Assembly (NCBI RefSeq): GCF_036365525.1
Contig: NC_090383.1
Span: 111,788,531 to 111,852,530, forward strand
Reading direction: 5' to 3'
DNA length: 64,000 nt
DNA from: Heterodontus francisci
Taxonomy: Eukaryota
The number at the start of each line of letters is the position of its first letter. The first letter of the stretch is position 1. Position numbers and translations under genes: made by a program. This document shows positions 1 through 12,235 of this stretch, piece after piece. The notes under the pieces are model-generated. The model worked only from the letters and a program-made list of their open reading frames with translations, had not been told where the DNA came from and ran no database searches.

Positions 1-7
1 CCAGTAT

Positions 8-865
8 TGTTATGAAAGTGCTTCTGTTTTTTGGTAAAATATTTGAGGAATTCATAGTCAAACTGCAAGAAATGTTGTACCAGTTTTGTTTTCTCAAGAG
101 GACACTGAAAGAACTGGTTTTGTAACAATGTTTACTGGTTGTCACATGACTCAAGTTGGAAATAGAACAGAAACCCTGGCACTGGGGAAGATGTTTGCAG
201 AGAAGTAGTGACAGTTGTGCACCCCTTGACAGGACTAGCCCAGGAGCAGCACAGCACACCTGAGAGCAGTAGCAAACTTACAAGCTTTAGGTTTTACTGC
301 CAGTGTTTACTTTCTGGAATGAGATAAAGAGTCAAGCCTGAAAAAGTGTCACACAGGAAGAGGTCAGATTATTGCTGAATGTTTAAAGAGTCAAGCCTGC
401 AGAAGAGGAGAATTGCCAAGGAAGACTACCACAACCCAGCTCAGCTTCCCAGCATCTCTCTAAAAGACCTCAAGAAGTCCACTGTGCCAAATCATCTCAT
501 CTCCTGTCTTTGAAGAAAAGCCGGCTAAATTAATTCTCAGTACCACCCGAAAAGAACTATTCTCAAAGATGCCAGCAACCCATCCACGTGTACTCGAAGA
601 CAAGACTCTATGCTAGTTTTGGAACACAACATATCACATCTTCTGTTTTCTTCAAGAATGAGCAAGTATTCAGCCCAAGTTTTTTTTGGCTAACAGAGAT
701 CTGAACAAAAATCCCTTTTATTTTTCCGGTTAACCGGTGTATATGTGTGTGTTTGAGTGTGATGGACGAAGGTAAAAAGGGAACTTTCAATCTGTGCTTA
801 TGCTTTACTTCAATACTGGTTATGACTGGTTCTATAATAAACTTCAGATTTTTTTCTTTTATATT
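8..865 (+). repeat. LTR-like sequence (partial)
   Basis: TGTTA start, internal direct repeat AAAGAGTCAAGCCTG, (TG)n then AATAAA; layout resembles the 29.9-kb element. Confidence 0.4.
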
Positions 866-974
866 CCATTCCTCTTGCGATAAATGACAATATTGCATTT
901 GCCTTCCTAATCCCTTGCATGTCCTAGGTTTTACTCTGCATGCTGAGTTAATTGACCTCAGCTGGGATTGTGGT

Positions 975-1610
975 CAGAATGTTGAAAGAAATATAAAATG
1001 TAAAGATGTTTTGCTGCAGTTGTACAGGGCATTGATGAGACCACACCTAGAGTATTGTGTACAGTTTTGGTCTCCTTACTTAAGAAAGGATATAATTGCA
1101 TTGGAAGCAGAGAAGGTTCACTCGACTGATTTCTGGGATGAAAGGGTTATCTTATGAGGAAAGGTTGGTCAGGTTGGATCTGTATTCAATGGAGTTTAGA
1201 AGGATGAGAAGTGATCTTATTGAAACATAAGATCCTGAGGGGACTTGACAGGGTGGATGTTGAAAGGATGTTTCCTCTTATGGGGGGGGGGGGGGGGGGG
1301 GGGAAAGGAGTCTAGAACATGGGGGCACAGTTTAAAAATAAGGGGTCTTCCATTTAAGACAGAGATGGAGAAAATTTCTCTGAGGGTCTGAGTCTGTGGA
1401 ACTCTCTTTCCTGGAGAGTGGTGGAGGCAGGGTCATTGAATGTTTTTAAGGCTGAAGTAGACAGATTCTTGACAAACAAGGGGGTCAAAATGTATTGGGG
1501 TAGGAAAGTGGAGTGGAGTCCAAACAGATCAGCCATGATCTTTAGAATGGTGGAGCAGGCTCAAGGGGCCAAATAGCCTACTCATACTTGTTCCTATGTT
1601 CATATGACCT
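975..1610 (+). mobile_element. CR1 LINE 3' fragment
   Basis: [25 protein letters not shown] motif and the CR1 3' tail. Confidence 0.9.
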
Positions 1611-1889
1611 TTAGTCCTTAGCCACATGGGGTACTGTTTATCCACTCGACTATTGCCAAGCTAAAAAATATAGTACAAAGTTACCAAAACTGGTCTGAAT
1701 TACAAAGAGCACTTGATATAGCAGGTACAGAATCTGAACCCAACCAAAATACTGTACTAATTATAAACCTGTAGTCAGTTTCAATCAAGTAACTTGTATC
1801 CTATTTTTAATGTAGAATAATTTCAATACGTTGCAACTGCCTATGTCCTGAATTCATTCAAATAAAACTACAGAATATATTTGAAGACT

Positions 1890-2213
1890 GGTGGCACAGT
1901 GGCTAGCACCGCAGCCTCACAGCTCCAGCGACCCGGGTTCAGTTCTGGGTACTGCCTGTGCAGAGTTTGCAAGTTCTCCCTATGAGCGTGTGGGCTTCCG
2001 CCGGGTGCTCCGGTTTCCTCCCACAGCCAAAGACTTGCAGGTTGATAGGTAAATTGGTCTTTGTAAATTGCCCCTAGTATAGGTAGGTGGTAGGAGAATG
2101 GTGGGGATGTGGTAGGGAATATGGGATTAGTATAAATGGGTGGTTGTTGGTTGGCACAGACTCAGTGGGCTGAAGGGCCTATTTCAGTACTGTATCTCTA
2201 AAAATAAAAAAAA
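1890..2213 (+). mobile_element. HE1-type V-SINE (tRNA head, V-domain, LINE-derived tail)
   Basis: A/B-box-like head, V-domain GAGTTTGCA..TTCTCCC..CCGGGTGCTCCGGTTTCCTCCCACA, tail GGGCTGAAGGGCCT..TGTATCTCT plus A-rich end. Confidence 0.85.
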
Positions 2214-2579
2214 GTTCAACACCTGAATGCATGTTATGTTAATGAATACAGGAATTATGCAGCTAATTGAGTGCATAGTATTTCATCCATGGCGATGAAA
2301 AGGTGATCCTTCATGGATTCAAAAAAAAACAGGTTTTATACAAATTCCTAACAGAACAAATTAGTGACTCAAGCATTGAAATAATTACATAATTTTTTTT
2401 TTTTTTTAAGGTGAATGTACTCTTGATACAGCATAGCCACTACTCTTCAAGAATAAAATGGTAATTGTTTTGCAAAAGTAGATGTAGCAAAATAAGTTAC
2501 GACCAGGTGAGCAATGTCTAGAAGTCTTTTGCTATCTTTACCTGGTCTTATTTTTAAACACACTGTTTTGAGTGCCCCT

Positions 2580-3194
2580 TTTTTGTGAATGTGTTCACAG
2601 TTTCTGATTAACAGTCAAATAACTGAGCATAAACAGGCTTTCTTTAGTTTAGAGCAGAAAGAAAATTTATTAAACTGTAAAACTTTAATACGGTGCACGC
2701 CTACAGATATACAACGTGCTCACACTGGCATGCACACAGGAATAGAAAAGAGAAGAAAAAAGATAAGTAGAACAGTTTGAGGCAATATCTTGTTACTGTT
2801 TCGAGCTCACTGTAGTCCTTGATTGAAGATATAGTCTTGTGATTCGTTGGGGCCCAGTAATCTTCTTAAAAAACTTTGTTTACGTTGCAAACCCTTCTCA
2901 GTTTCACGTGTCTTCAATGGTTTCAGTTCCGAGAGATGAGCAGACAGGCAGGCGAGGAGGTGCTCTCATCCATGAGCACACAGCATTCTCTGCTCTAATC
3001 CTTCTGTTGAGAAGTTCAAATTCAAAAAGCTCCCAGGGTGCTCAGCAGGTTAGTCATGTGACTAGCACCTTCTATGGAAGAGTCTTTTCAACATCCTTTG
3101 TTGGAAGTTCAAATCCAAAAGCTCCAGTCAGCTAGACATGTGACTAGAACTGGTTTGACCACTTCTGTGTATTGGAGAAACTGCTGAGTCCCCA
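2580..3194 (-). repeat. LTR-like or unclassified interspersed repeat interrupted by the Penelope element (continues ~5846-5980)
   Basis: Internal direct repeats GAAGTTCAAAT.CAAAA..CATGTGACTAG (about 3010-3065 and 3104-3147) and a minus-strand AATAAA. Confidence 0.35.
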
Positions 3195-5845
3195 CCCCAC
3201 CCCTTCTGATCTGACCCCTTGCCGTGTATTCACTATACCCTCTGACCTCCCCCTCTCTGATGCTGAGCAAAGGTACTCAGCAAAGGTCTCAGTTTTATCC
3301 CCTTACGCCTCCACCTCAATGAATTTCGTGCTCGGCATGACGTTGAGCTCTTCTTCCGTCGCCTCCGGGCTCACTTCTTTGACCAGGAGTCCTCCCCCCG
3401 ACCAGCAGACCCATTCACCCGCCTCCAGCATTCTCCCTCCCCCTGGCCTCTTACCCGCTCTTGATCTCTTCGTTGAAAACTGTCGGCGAGACATTGGTCG
3501 TCTCAATTTCTCTGCCCCCCTCATTCACGCTAACCTGTTCCCCTCTGAACTTGAGGCACTCCGTTCTCTCAGGTCTAACCCCGACATAATATATCAAACC
3601 TGCAGACAAGGTTGGTGCTGTTGTCGTATGCCGTACCGACCTCTACCTTACAGAAGCTCAACGCCAACTCATACACTTCTTCCTACCTCCCTCTGGACCA
3701 TGACCCCACCACCGAACATCAAGCCACGGTCCAAAGGACTGTCACTGACCTCATCTCCTCTGGAGATCTTCCCTCTACAGCTTCCAACCTCATAGTCACA
3801 CAACCCCGGATAGCCCGCTTCTACCTCCTTCCCAAAATCCACAAACGGGACTGTCCCGGCAGACCCATTGTGTCAGCCTGCTCCTGCCCCACTGAACTTA
3901 TTTCTTCCTATCTAGACTATCTTTTCTCCGCTGGTCCAGTCTCTTCCCACCTACATCCGTGACTCTTCTGACACCCTACGTCATTTTGACAATTTCCAGT
4001 TTCCTGGTCCCAACCGCCTCCTCTTCACTATGGACGTTCAATCACTCTACACCTCCATCCCCCACCAGGATGGTTTAAGGACTCTCCACTTCTTCCTGGA
4101 ACAGAGGCCCAACCAGTCCCCATCCACCACCACCCTCCTCCGCCTGGCTGAACTTGTTCTCACATTGAACAACTGCTCCTTCAACTCCTTCAAGTAAAAG
4201 GAGTTGCTATAGGTACCCGCATGGGTCCGAGTTATGCCTGTCTTTTTGTGGGATATGTCGAGCATTCTTTGTTCCAGTCCTACTCAGGCCCCCTCCCCCA
4301 ACTCTTTTTCCAGTACATTGATGACTGTATCGGTGCCGTTTCCTGCTCCCGCCCCGAACTGGAAAACTTTATCAACTTTGCTTTTAATTTCCACCCTTCT
4401 CTCACCTTTCACATGGTTCATCTCGGACACTTCCCTTCCTCGACTGCTCTGTCTCCATCTCTGGGGTTAGGTTGTCAACTAATATCCATTATAAGCCCAC
4501 CGACTCCCACAGCTACCTCGACTACACTTCTTCACACCCTACCTCCTGTAAGGACTCGATTCCATTCTCCCAGTTTCTCCGTCTCCGACGCATCTGCTCT
4601 GATGATGCTACCTTCTTCCATGATGGTGCTTCTGATATGACCTCCTTTTTCCTCAACTGAGGATTTCCCCCCACTGTGGTTGACAGGGCCCTCAACCGTG
4701 TCCGGCCCATTCCCCTCACCCCTTCCCCTCCCTCCCAGAACCGTGACAAGGTTCCCCTTGTCCTCACCTTTCACCCCACCAGCCTCCATATCCAAAGGAT
4801 CATCCTCCGCCACTTCCGCCACCTAGCGTGATGCCACTACCAGTCGCATCTTCCCCTCCCTTCCCGTCAGCATTCCGAAGGGATTGTTCCCTCCGTGACA
4901 CCCTGGTCCACTCCTCCATTACCCCTACCACCTCGTCCCCGTCCCATGGCACCTTCCCCTGCAATCGCAGGAGGTGTAATACCTGCCCATTTACCTGCTC
5001 TCTCCTCACTATCCCAGGCCCCAAACACTCCTTTCAGGTGAAGTAGCGATTTACTTGTACTTCTTTCAATGTAGTATACTGTATTCGCTGCTCACAGTGT
5101 GGTCTCCTCTACATTGGAGAGACCAAGCGCAGACTGGGTGACCGCTTTGCGGAACATCTCCGCTCAGTCCGCAAGCAGGACCCTGAGCTTCCGGTTGCTT
5201 GCCATTTCAACACTCCCCCTGCTCTCATCTCTGTCCTGGGATTGCTGCAGTGTTCCAGTGAACATCAACGCAAGCTCGAGGAACAGCATCTCATTTACTG
5301 ATTAGGCACATTACAGCCTGCCGGACTGAACATTGAGTTCAATAATTTCAGAGCATGACAGCCCCCCATTTTACTTTCATTTTTAGTTATTTTTTCTTCC
5401 TTTTTTTTTACATTCTTTTTTACAATCTTTTTTTTTGCATTTATTTCATTTCATCTTAGTTTGTTCAGTTTGCTTACCCACTGTTTTTTTTCAGGTTTGC
5501 ACTTGCTGCTGTTCAATATTCAGTGCATTAACAACTAATCTGTACTAATGCTTTGTCTTTCAACACACCATTAACATATTGTTTGCCTTTGCTCCATGAC
5601 CTTTTGGTCAGCTATGTGGCCTGGTCCAATCTAGACCTCCTTTGTTATCTCTTGCCCCACCCCCACCTCACTTGATTATAACCTGTGACTTTTCTAACAT
5701 TTGCCAGTTCCGATGAAGGGTCACTGACCCGAAACGTTAACTCTGCTTCTCTTTCCACAGATGCTGCCAGACCTGCTGAGTGGTTCCAGCATTTCTTGTT
5801 TATATTTCAGATTTCCAGCATCCGCAGTATTTTGCTTTTATATTA
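3195..5845 (+). mobile_element. Penelope-like retroelement (RT + GIY-YIG endonuclease), 5'-truncated and frameshifted, in DESI2 intron 1
   Basis: Fragmented ORFs give RFYLLPKIHK..PGRPIVS, MGPSYACLFVG, YIDD, HYKPTDSHSYL, then CxxxxCxxC and VVYCIRC..LYIGET (GIY-YIG). The 3' terminal region carries a hammerhead motif. Possible CCCCA TSD at 3190-3194 / 5846-5850. Confidence 0.92.
5706..5742 (+). ncRNA. Minimal type-I hammerhead ribozyme motif in the Penelope terminal repeat
   Basis: AGTT-CCGATGA-A-GGGTCA-C-TGACCC-GAAAC-GTT-AACT: stem I AGTT/AACT, core C(C)GAUGA, hairpin stem II, GAAA, and loop-less palindromic stem III ACGT. Confidence 0.7.
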
Positions 5846-6547
5846 CCCCATTGTTTCAACATTGTCTGGTACTATGTAAATGTCCTGCCAATCAGGGTTT
5901 GTAATTTTTAAGTTTTAATGTTCAAGTGGCAAAATAATATGCGCCTCAGTCTTGGCAGGTAGGCGTTTGCCTGACCACATTCCATTTCACTTAATGCAGA
6001 AGTTTGCAAAAACTGTTTCAGTATTAACTTGCACATGATTTTGCTGCACAAACTGTTTAATATACAGTACTAAAATATTTCAGTTTTAACTCCAAATACT
6101 TACCATGTCTACAGAATTCAATATTGTCCCTATAGAGGATATTTGTACACTAGATTGGATACATGTCATTTCAAATCTCAAAGGTGCCCAAGTACACACA
6201 AGTTGGATTCTGAAACCAGCAGTGGCACAAAACTAACATTTGCAAGTCAAGAACTTAATTTTGATAGAACTGTGCATGTGTGTTCTTCTGCATGTACATT
6301 TCCCCCAAATCACAATCCAACTTTACCATTGTGGCCTTAGATTCCCCATCATGTCCATGGTAGGCTGTAGGCCCTGCCCAGCAGCAAACTAAAAACTGCC
6401 CTTGCTGGGCCTGCCTATGATCAACACTGCCAGCTTTGTGTTTGCATCCAGTGATATTTTGCTCTGACAAAGAACAAACCACATTGAGGTTGCCACCTTG
6501 TTTATTTTGCAGTCTTGCCATGAAGTCAACTATGCATACAAATGGTA

Positions 6548-6690
6548 AAAGCAAAATACCGCGGATGCTGGAAATCTGAAATAAAAACAGGAAATCTGAA
6601 ATAAAAACAAGAAATGCTGGAACCACTCAGCAGGTCTGGCAGCATCTGTGGAAAGAGAAGCAGAGTTAACGTTTCGGGTCAGTGACCCTT
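6548..6690 (-). mobile_element. Short insert of the Penelope 3' terminal repeat
   Basis: Reverse complement of ~5715-5840, with an internal duplication of GGAAATCTGAAATAAAAACA. Flanked by CAAATGGTA at 6539-6547 and 6691-6699. Confidence 0.88.
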
Positions 6691-8189
6691 CAAATGGTAT
6701 ACCAGCTGCACTGTCACTGATGTAAGTTTCAAGACATTCAAGTGCTATGCCAACTGAATTCCTTCTGGACACTAGAAGAGAAAATATACGTGGGGGCAGC
6801 ACAAGTAAAGCCATTCCATCAAAGCTCAAAACATTGGTAATTACCTCCAACTAAAGCAGTTCCAACCCCTAACCAGATCATAACTGAAACCTGGCATGAA
6901 CACAATGTTCTTCCTCTTTGATACAGCACCCACCCCAGCAGCCCACGTGAATTAAGAGTAAAATATGATTAAACACTTCTAAGTCATGTCTTTAACTCCT
7001 TTCTGTTGTAGCAAACAACCCCACTAAACATACATGGACAAAATAAGGCTTACAATTTGATGAATATTGACTTTTAAAACTGATGCAATCTTTGTGAAAT
7101 ATTAGTTTCTCTGTTCACTATGTGCAGCAAAAACATTCTTTTCAAATGTATTTACAATGTTGCTTAACATAGAAGTGGGAGCAATTCTTTCCCCAGCATT
7201 TACTTGACAATGTTTCTTTGCGGGGGGAAAAGAGACATTCTAGACTTGAAGTTAAACATACATCATAACACTGAACCAATCCCATTGACCAATCTTTGCA
7301 GAATAAGTGAAACTATCCCATTAGGGACTTCAGCCCATCATGAATGCTTCCCCCTTGACTTTCGCATGCTAACAAAGCAGGTACATTTACAGAAGTGATC
7401 AGTAAAGGTGATGGCTTTACATACATTTGTAATGCCAAAGGGGTAGAAAGAAATATGGATTATTTTAATCATATTCAACATTCACAAAAGCATCAAATGC
7501 AAGTTAATCAACAAGAACTAAAAATGATCAAGACACAAAATGTTATGACTAATTTGTCAACAGCATGAGTCAAACAAATTTCCAGTTAAGAAAAGAAACA
7601 TATTAATTTGCAATAAAAAGTACCATTCAACTTCAAGCAAAGCTTTGTTTAGAAAGTCTCCACTTCAGTTTGATTTCCACAATGATTTTATCACACAAAC
7701 CAATTCATGATATACTGCATTGCAACTGACAAATACATTTACAGTTTAAAAGTAAAGTTAGGAGTGTATGCCTTTATTTGAACAAGTCATCCCACAATAA
7801 CGTGTACCAAGCATCAAGAGCAGCAAATTGTAAAAATCACTGGTTTACGAAAAACAGGAATTCAACTTCCAAGTTACAAATAAAAATCTCAAATCAGATA
7901 TGAATGTCCTATTTAGTGAAGGCAAATTGGGTCCTTTCGGTTCAGAAGTACAATGTGTGTATACGTTTACATATACTTAACATATTTAGTGTATATATTT
8001 ATATAAAAAAGATATACGCGTTTGAATGGGTTTTGAGATCTACTTCATTTTTTTTGTCCTAAATTTATTTAGCTTATGTTAAGAGCAATGGAATAAGGCA
8101 GGGGGAACAGGGAAAAGGTAATTTGCAAGACACAAACGCACATGAACATAAAGACGTACAAGTATGAGTAGGAGATCTTAACCACTGAG

Positions 8190-8860
8190 GAGTTAATGGG
8201 GCCCCGGTAAACTGGTGTGCCGGTGGCCGGCGCTACTTCACTCACCATGTCGTAGACGTTGAGTATCACCAGCTCGTTGGCCATTCTCTCCCCGTCCGGC
8301 GGCCGGCTGGGCTTTCCCTTCCTCTACCCGACCCGCGGCTTCCCGGCACTATCTTCTCCCCTGCCCTCCCTCCCCCCTAACCCTGCCCCCCACCCCCTCA
8401 CAGGCCTCCTCCGCCCGCTACCGTTGCTTCTCCTCCTGGTCGGCGAGACGCCGGACTCGCTGCGCGCGCGCCCCCCCCAACTCCCGCCAACGGCCGCTCC
8501 TCCACAGCGCGGGAGCTCCTCTGCCGCATCCACTCTGTTACCCCCTCCCCCCTCCTCCGCGGACAAAAGGCCAGCTCGCTGCTCTTCCCTCCCACCGGGC
8601 AGGGGCGGCAGAGGAGGAGGAGGTGATACAAAACCACCCCCCACCCCGGCGACCGCCACCCGCGGCGCCACCAAGCGACCGAAAGGCGGCGCTAACGGTC
8701 AGGCAGAGGCAATCGAATGTGGAGAGCGTCAATGCGCTGCAGCCCCAGGGAGAGGCAATGGAGCGGGAATGCTGGCTAACCCAGTTAGGGAGGCAAGAGC
8801 AGAGGTGTTATCAAGACGGCATTCGACTGACTGTGGTGCCAAGAAGCGCGAGGAAAATTG
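8190..8860 (-). promoter_or_regulatory. CpG island / promoter and GC-rich 5'UTR of DESI2
   Basis: Sharp rise in GC and CpG density against an AT-rich background, around and upstream of the DESI2 ATG. Confidence 0.8.
8246..8284 (-). CDS. DESI2: Desumoylating isopeptidase 2 (PPPDE peptidase), first coding exon; the rest of the gene lies left of the window
   Basis: Translates MANELVILNVYDM, matching the recalled vertebrate DESI2 N-terminus (MGANQLVVLNVYDM). It is followed by a phase-0 GTGAGT donor and lies in a CpG island. Confidence 0.9.
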
Positions 8861-9364
8861 AGATTAATAAGGACTGGAGAGAAAATCATTCCTGAAAAAA
8901 GATTTGTGGTTGTTGAGCCAATTATTGCAGCCCCAGGACTGTTCATTGGGTTGTTTCCTTAGGCCAACCATATTCAACTGTCTCATCAGTGACCTTCCCT
9001 TACTTATTAGATCAGGAGTGGGACTGTTTGCTGCTAATTTTCAGTGTTCAGCTCCATTCACAGCCCCTGATATTGAAGCAACTCTCCTGGTAGTTTAATA
9101 TATCCACTTCCCTGTATGATATTAAACAGATGTAAGGAGATCTGGAAGATCCCAGTGTCTACTCCATACTGTATTAACTGATTTCAGCCAGTAGCAATGG
9201 ATTCAGAGCCATTTGGCTAGGGAGGATAAAACTATTCCCTGTTCCAAGGACTCTCTAAAATGCTTTCAAAGTGCTGCCCCACATTAATATTCTGCTCAGA
9301 GATACATTCCATTCTGGCTGAACTTATAGAGAAGGAGGCCATTTGGCCCATTAAGTCTATGCTG

Positions 9365-9963
9365 GGAGGGATAAATATTGGCCAGGACACCAGGGATAAC
9401 TCCCCTCCTCTTCACATAGTGCAACAATAATTTTACATCCACCCGAATAGGTAGATGGGGCCTCGGTTTAACATCTCATCTGAAAGATGGCACCTCCAAC
9501 AGTGCAGCGCTCCCTCAGTTCTGCACTGGAGTGTCAGTCTTGATTTTTGTGCTTAAGTCCTGGAGTGGGGCTTGAACCTGAAACCTTGTATCAGAGGTGA
9601 GAGTGTTACCAACTGAGCTACAGCTGACATAATATAGGGGAACATGGCAGCCAATTCGTATACAGCAAGCTTCCACAAACAACAATAACCACATAATGTT
9701 TTTGCGATGTTGATTGAGGGATAAATATTGGGCAGGGCACCAGGGAGAACTCCCCATCTCTTCTTTGAAAGTATTGCCATGAGATCTTTTATATCCACCT
9801 GAGAAGAAAGACACTTCCTTGGTTTAACATCTCATCCTAACAACAGCACCACACTTCCTCAGGACTGCACTAGAATGCCAGCCTCACTTTTTGTGCTCAA
9901 GTCCTGGAGTGGGACTTGAACCCAGAACTTGTGACTCAGGCATGGGTGTGACCAACTGAGCCA
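9365..9963 (-). mobile_element. Two tandem Deu-domain SINEs (SacSINE1/AmnSINE-like)
   Basis: tRNA-like heads (AGCTCAGTTGG...GGTTCAAG.CCC) and Deu core CTGAGGGAG.GCTGCACTGTTGGAGGTGCC.TCTTTCAGATGAGATGTTAAACCGAGGCCC. Confidence 0.7.
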
Positions 9964-10636
9964 TTGAACCACATTTTCCTGAATCTTTCCAATGTCTACT
10001 GGATAAAATGGTACTCAACTTTACAAGCAAAATATTTGGACACCTCAGCCACAATGCTGAAATCAGTAGCAGTAACAGTCTTCCCATTAACCTCAATGGC
10101 TTGTTATAATTCCTTTCACATTCTCAAGAAGGAGGATGACAGCTCATTGGAAGTCTGTATCAAGATCATGAAGTTACACTAAAGAATTGTTTCACCACAA
10201 TTAATAAATGCAAAAAGGCTGTCTTATTTCCTTCCATCACTTGCTGCTTTTCCTCTCCACCACTTCCATCAAAATTTGCGCACATTGTGATTGGCCAGAG
10301 TCAGCCAAGTAACCAACATACGGGTAATGGAAAGCATTGCATGCAACATTTCAACAGTAAATTGTCAGTGCGTAGCACTTAGGCAGTTCTGACAAAGCAG
10401 CTTTATCTGAGATAACAACCTTCCTTTCTCTTTCAGATGCTGACCAATCTTGCTGTGGATTTCTGGCATTATCTCTGTTATTTCAGGTCTCCAGAATTTG
10501 CATTTTTAAATCATATTTCCATTTTGTGCAACATATTGTTTTACCTACACTTAGCTTGATGTGGCTGTGAATCGTGCTCCAACAAAAAAATAAAGATACT
10601 AGCAATCATACAGGTTATCATATAAATAAATGGGGA

Positions 10637-10642
10637 TTTATT
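10637..10642 (-). terminator. Polyadenylation signal AATAAA of the SYNJ2BP-like gene
   Basis: Minus strand reads TGA-AATAAA, followed by U-rich downstream sequence. Confidence 0.5.
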
Positions 10643-10786
10643 TCATTTCTTTACTGCTGTGAGTTTCAGTGCCCCCATCACAACGACTGCAGTCACTATA
10701 GAAGTTGCTAGAATGATCCATGGCAGTCTACCTTTGTTGAACGTCCTTGAACGGTTACGGCATTTTTCAGGTTTCTTTGCAGAGTA
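10643..10786 (-). CDS. SYNJ2BP/OMP25-like protein, last coding exon (linker + C-terminal TM anchor)
   Basis: Acceptor ttttattcctggcag, phase 0. Translates YSAKKPEKCRNRSRTFNKGRLPWIILATSIVTAVVVMGALKLTAVKK*: a hydrophobic helix flanked by basic residues. AATAAA directly follows the TGA. Confidence 0.82.
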   Translation of the reverse strand, partial: YSAKKPEKCRNRSRTFNKGRLPWIILATSIVTAVVVMGALKLTAVKK

Positions 10787-11359
10787 CTGCCAGGAATAAA
10801 AACAGGAAGTTAGGAAATCAGGGTACAAAACTGCTTTATTATTACTACATACATAAACTGGAACTAAACAGTAATAAATGATCAATTAGATGAGTGATTT
10901 GTTGTAAAATATGATTTGTTATAGTTTCACAGCCTTTAGGATTTCTGTGCAATCATGCAATACTCAGACAGCAAATTGTAAGACAGGTGGATAAAGGCAG
11001 AAATTTGCAGGATATCATACCACTCCACTTGTCCCAACACTCAACTGTATCAGGGCATTGAGGACTGGCAGGTTGATCAGACAGTAAAGGACACAGTTAT
11101 CACCATTAATTCAGTCTCATATCCTCAGCCCTCCAATACCACACAGACTGGGCTCATCGTTGCTATTCATTCATAGTTCTTGGTTCTGTTTCAGCCAGTA
11201 CCCTGTTTTTATGGTGCTGTGAAGCTTTTGAAAATGATTAACTGTGCTCAGAATTCAGGAGGAGACTTTTTAACTTGCCACTAATACCATGAAGCAAGTG
11301 ACTGCTGAAACCCTATCTTGGGCACCTGAAGAGGATTTTGGCTTTAACTAGTTTAGTAT

Positions 11360-12210
11360 AGAATCATCATGGTTAGAGCACAGAGGAGGACATTAGGCCT
11401 GTTGTGTCAGTGCCAGTTCTCTGCAAGAGCAAATCAGCTCATCCTGCTCCCCTGCCTTTTCTCAATAGCCCTGCACATTTTTCTATTCAGATAATTATCC
11501 AATTCACTTTTGAAAGCCAAGATTGAATCTGCCTCTACCACACTCACAGGCAGTGCAATCCAGATGCTGAACACTTGCTGTGTAAAAAAAGATTTTCTCG
11601 TGTCGCTTTTGGTTCTTTTTGCCAATCACCTCTAATCGGTATCCTCTGGTTCTCGATCCTTCCGCCAATGGGAACAGTTTCTCCCTACCTGTCCGAACCC
11701 ATTCAGATTTTGAATGCTCTATCAAATATCCACTCAACATTCTCGAAGGAAAACAGCCCAGCTTTTCCAATCTATCCACGTAACCTGGAACCATTCTCAT
11801 AAATCTTTTCTGCATTCTCTAAAGCCTTCACATCCTTCTCAAAGTGTGCTGCCCAGAATTGGACACAATACTCCAGTTGAGGGCAACACCAGTGTTTTAT
11901 AAAGGATCACCATAATTTTCTTGTATTTCTACTCTTAAGCCTCTATTTGTAAAGCAAAAGGATCCCACAACCCACACTTTCACAACCTGCCCTGCCACCT
12001 TCAACAATTTGTCCACATATACCCCCAGGTCCCTCTGCTCCTGCACCTCCTTGAGAACTGTATCCTTTATTTTATATTGTCCTTCCGACCAAAATGTATC
12101 ACTTTGGCTGCGTTAACTTTCATCTGCCACGTGTCCACCCATTCCACCAGCCTGTTTATGTCCTTTTTAAATCTATGGCTATTCTCCTCACAGTTCACAA
12201 TACTTCCAAG
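11360..12210 (-). mobile_element. CR1 LINE 3' fragment
   Basis: QKRFMRMVPG..RLEKLG, REKLFPLAEGSRTRG and FFTQQV motifs. Confidence 0.85.
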
Positions 12211-12235
12211 TATACTACAACATTATAATCTTGGT

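Noticed and set aside
1282-1303. 22-nt poly-G run
   Set aside because: Lies inside a decayed CR1; a homopolymer expansion or sequencing artefact with no evidence of function.
8259-8861. 200-aa plus-strand Pro/Gly-rich ORF and overlapping ORFs
   Set aside because: Stop-poor by-product of the GC-rich DESI2 CpG island; low complexity and no recognisable domain.
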